Under the pieces are notes generated by a model. That model saw only the letters and a list, made by a program, of their open reading frames with translations, did no database searches and had not been told where the DNA came from. Source: Plasmodiophora brassicae (Eukaryota). Taken from it: DNA of 64,000 nt. Shown here one piece after another: positions 62,856 through 64,000 of this stretch (its first letter is position 1; every line of letters starts with the position of its first letter). Location: contig CP145413.1 of the NCBI GenBank assembly GCA_036867785.1, forward strand, positions 62,001 to 126,000, written 5' to 3'. The translations under genes and the position numbers were made by a program.

Positions 62856-64000
62856 CTAGTCGACAGACATGGCCTCCTCGTCGTCGGGCGGGGCGGCGTC
62901 GCCCGGTTCCGTGTCGGGGGACTCGGGGGGGTCCCCGGTCTCGACTGGTGGCCGGGGGCCTTCCCCCGCGACTTGCTCGACGTCCATCGCGTGCGCATCG
63001 GCGCTGTCGATTAGGGCCGACAGTTCCGGCAGCTTGTCGACCAGCGACGCGCGATGCTCCTCTGAGCAACGTCAGGTCGAACGCATGCGCGGATGACCCC
63101 GACGCCCGTACCGATGGAGGGGAGCAGCGTTGCTACGGCACCGTCAGCGGAGGCATTCTCTGCCGAGGGCGACGGCCGGGAGTCGCGAACGTATCGTGCA
63201 ATGTCGGCAACGGGGATGACGTCCGTCAACGCCTCTAGGCTTTCGAATAATCGCAGCCGGAACACCTGGACCCGCAGATAAGCGCCGATAACGTTTGCGC
63301 AGCTGAGGGCATGTACCTCCTGCTTCGCAGCAAGGCGAACGAGGCACTTGTCGAAACAGGCCGCGCGGAAATCGGCGTTCGTCGCAAGCTGCGCGCGAAT
63401 GCGATTGTCACTCGTCAACAGCGACACGAGAGCCAGGCCGAATCGGTCGATAACGGACAGCGGCGGAACGGCACCCGCCAGCGGGGCGTTCCCCAGGACT
63501 GCCAGCAGGACGGTCGCACGAGCAACATCGTTCTTCAGCAGGCAACTGTAGCGGGTGCCACGATGACGGATCCGGCAGCACACCAGAACGAAACGGACGC
63601 ACCTCATGGCATACGACACCAGAAGGGACGTCCCCATTCCCGCCTTGTCGGCACTCAAGAGGTTGACCAACGACGTCGTTGTCGTATCGGCGGGTTCGCC
63701 TTCCAGCATGACGATGCCGAGCAACGGATACCACGATCGTAGGATCACTATGTGCACGATATGGACGATGGCGCTGCCGGACGCGTGCAGTACCACTGAC
63801 CGTTCGGGCACTTTGGCAGCTTGAAACTGCGACGGGCGCGAAGCAGCTTTCTGACGTTCGTCCCAATGAACATGGCATGGCTGAGAAGGCGTACGGGTTC
63901 GTCGTCCTTGGGTAGGTGCTCATCGTCGGCGGCACTGACGATCCTCCCTGTGCCAACACGAACGTCAGCCGGCTATGCCCAATGTGTCGGTGACGCCGAC
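62856..64000 (-). CDS. 3' part of a NELF-B/COBRA1-like helical protein (truncated by window)
   Basis: HLPKDDEPVRLLSHAMFIGTNVRKLLRARRSFKLPK resembles the COBRA1 LPRD..LL.LL.LG.......FK.P segment; acidic tail ends TAG at 62856-62858. Confidence 0.5.

Overview
Very compact, GC-rich eukaryotic (protist) genomic DNA. It carries about 40 protein-coding genes in 64 kb, with many short (~40-70 nt) spliceosomal introns (frequent GTACGT/GTGCGT donors, CTGAC/CTAAC-type branch sites) and intergenic gaps of tens to a few hundred bp. The gene style, the secreted ankyrin protein and the centriole/axoneme genes would fit a plasmodiophorid (Plasmodiophora-like) parasite, but that is inference only. Recognisable genes: BCP1, YJU2, TOR, MED6, CAP/SRV2, UNC93-like MFS, PEX14, HYLS1-like, LYR protein, GCN5, two tandem sphingolipid synthases, two C2H2 genes, SPG11-like, Mit_KHE1-like, two Nudix hydrolases, HAUS2-like, UBTD-like, Mpv17/PMP22, PIG-H, F-box, papain protease, SUN, SPAG8-like, TFIIH p62, RPL17, NDUFA9, DNLZ and a NELF-B-like 3' end. 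I found no rRNA, tRNA, CRISPR array or transposase. The most unusual observations are a Patched/Dispatched(RND)-like membrane protein whose second luminal domain is built of FN3 repeats, a PEX14-PUB fusion, two long intergenic hairpins, a convergent pair of secreted proteins next to long G-tracts, an 8-nt microexon and candidate GC-AG introns. Exon joins were made by hand and family calls come from motif recognition, without database searches.
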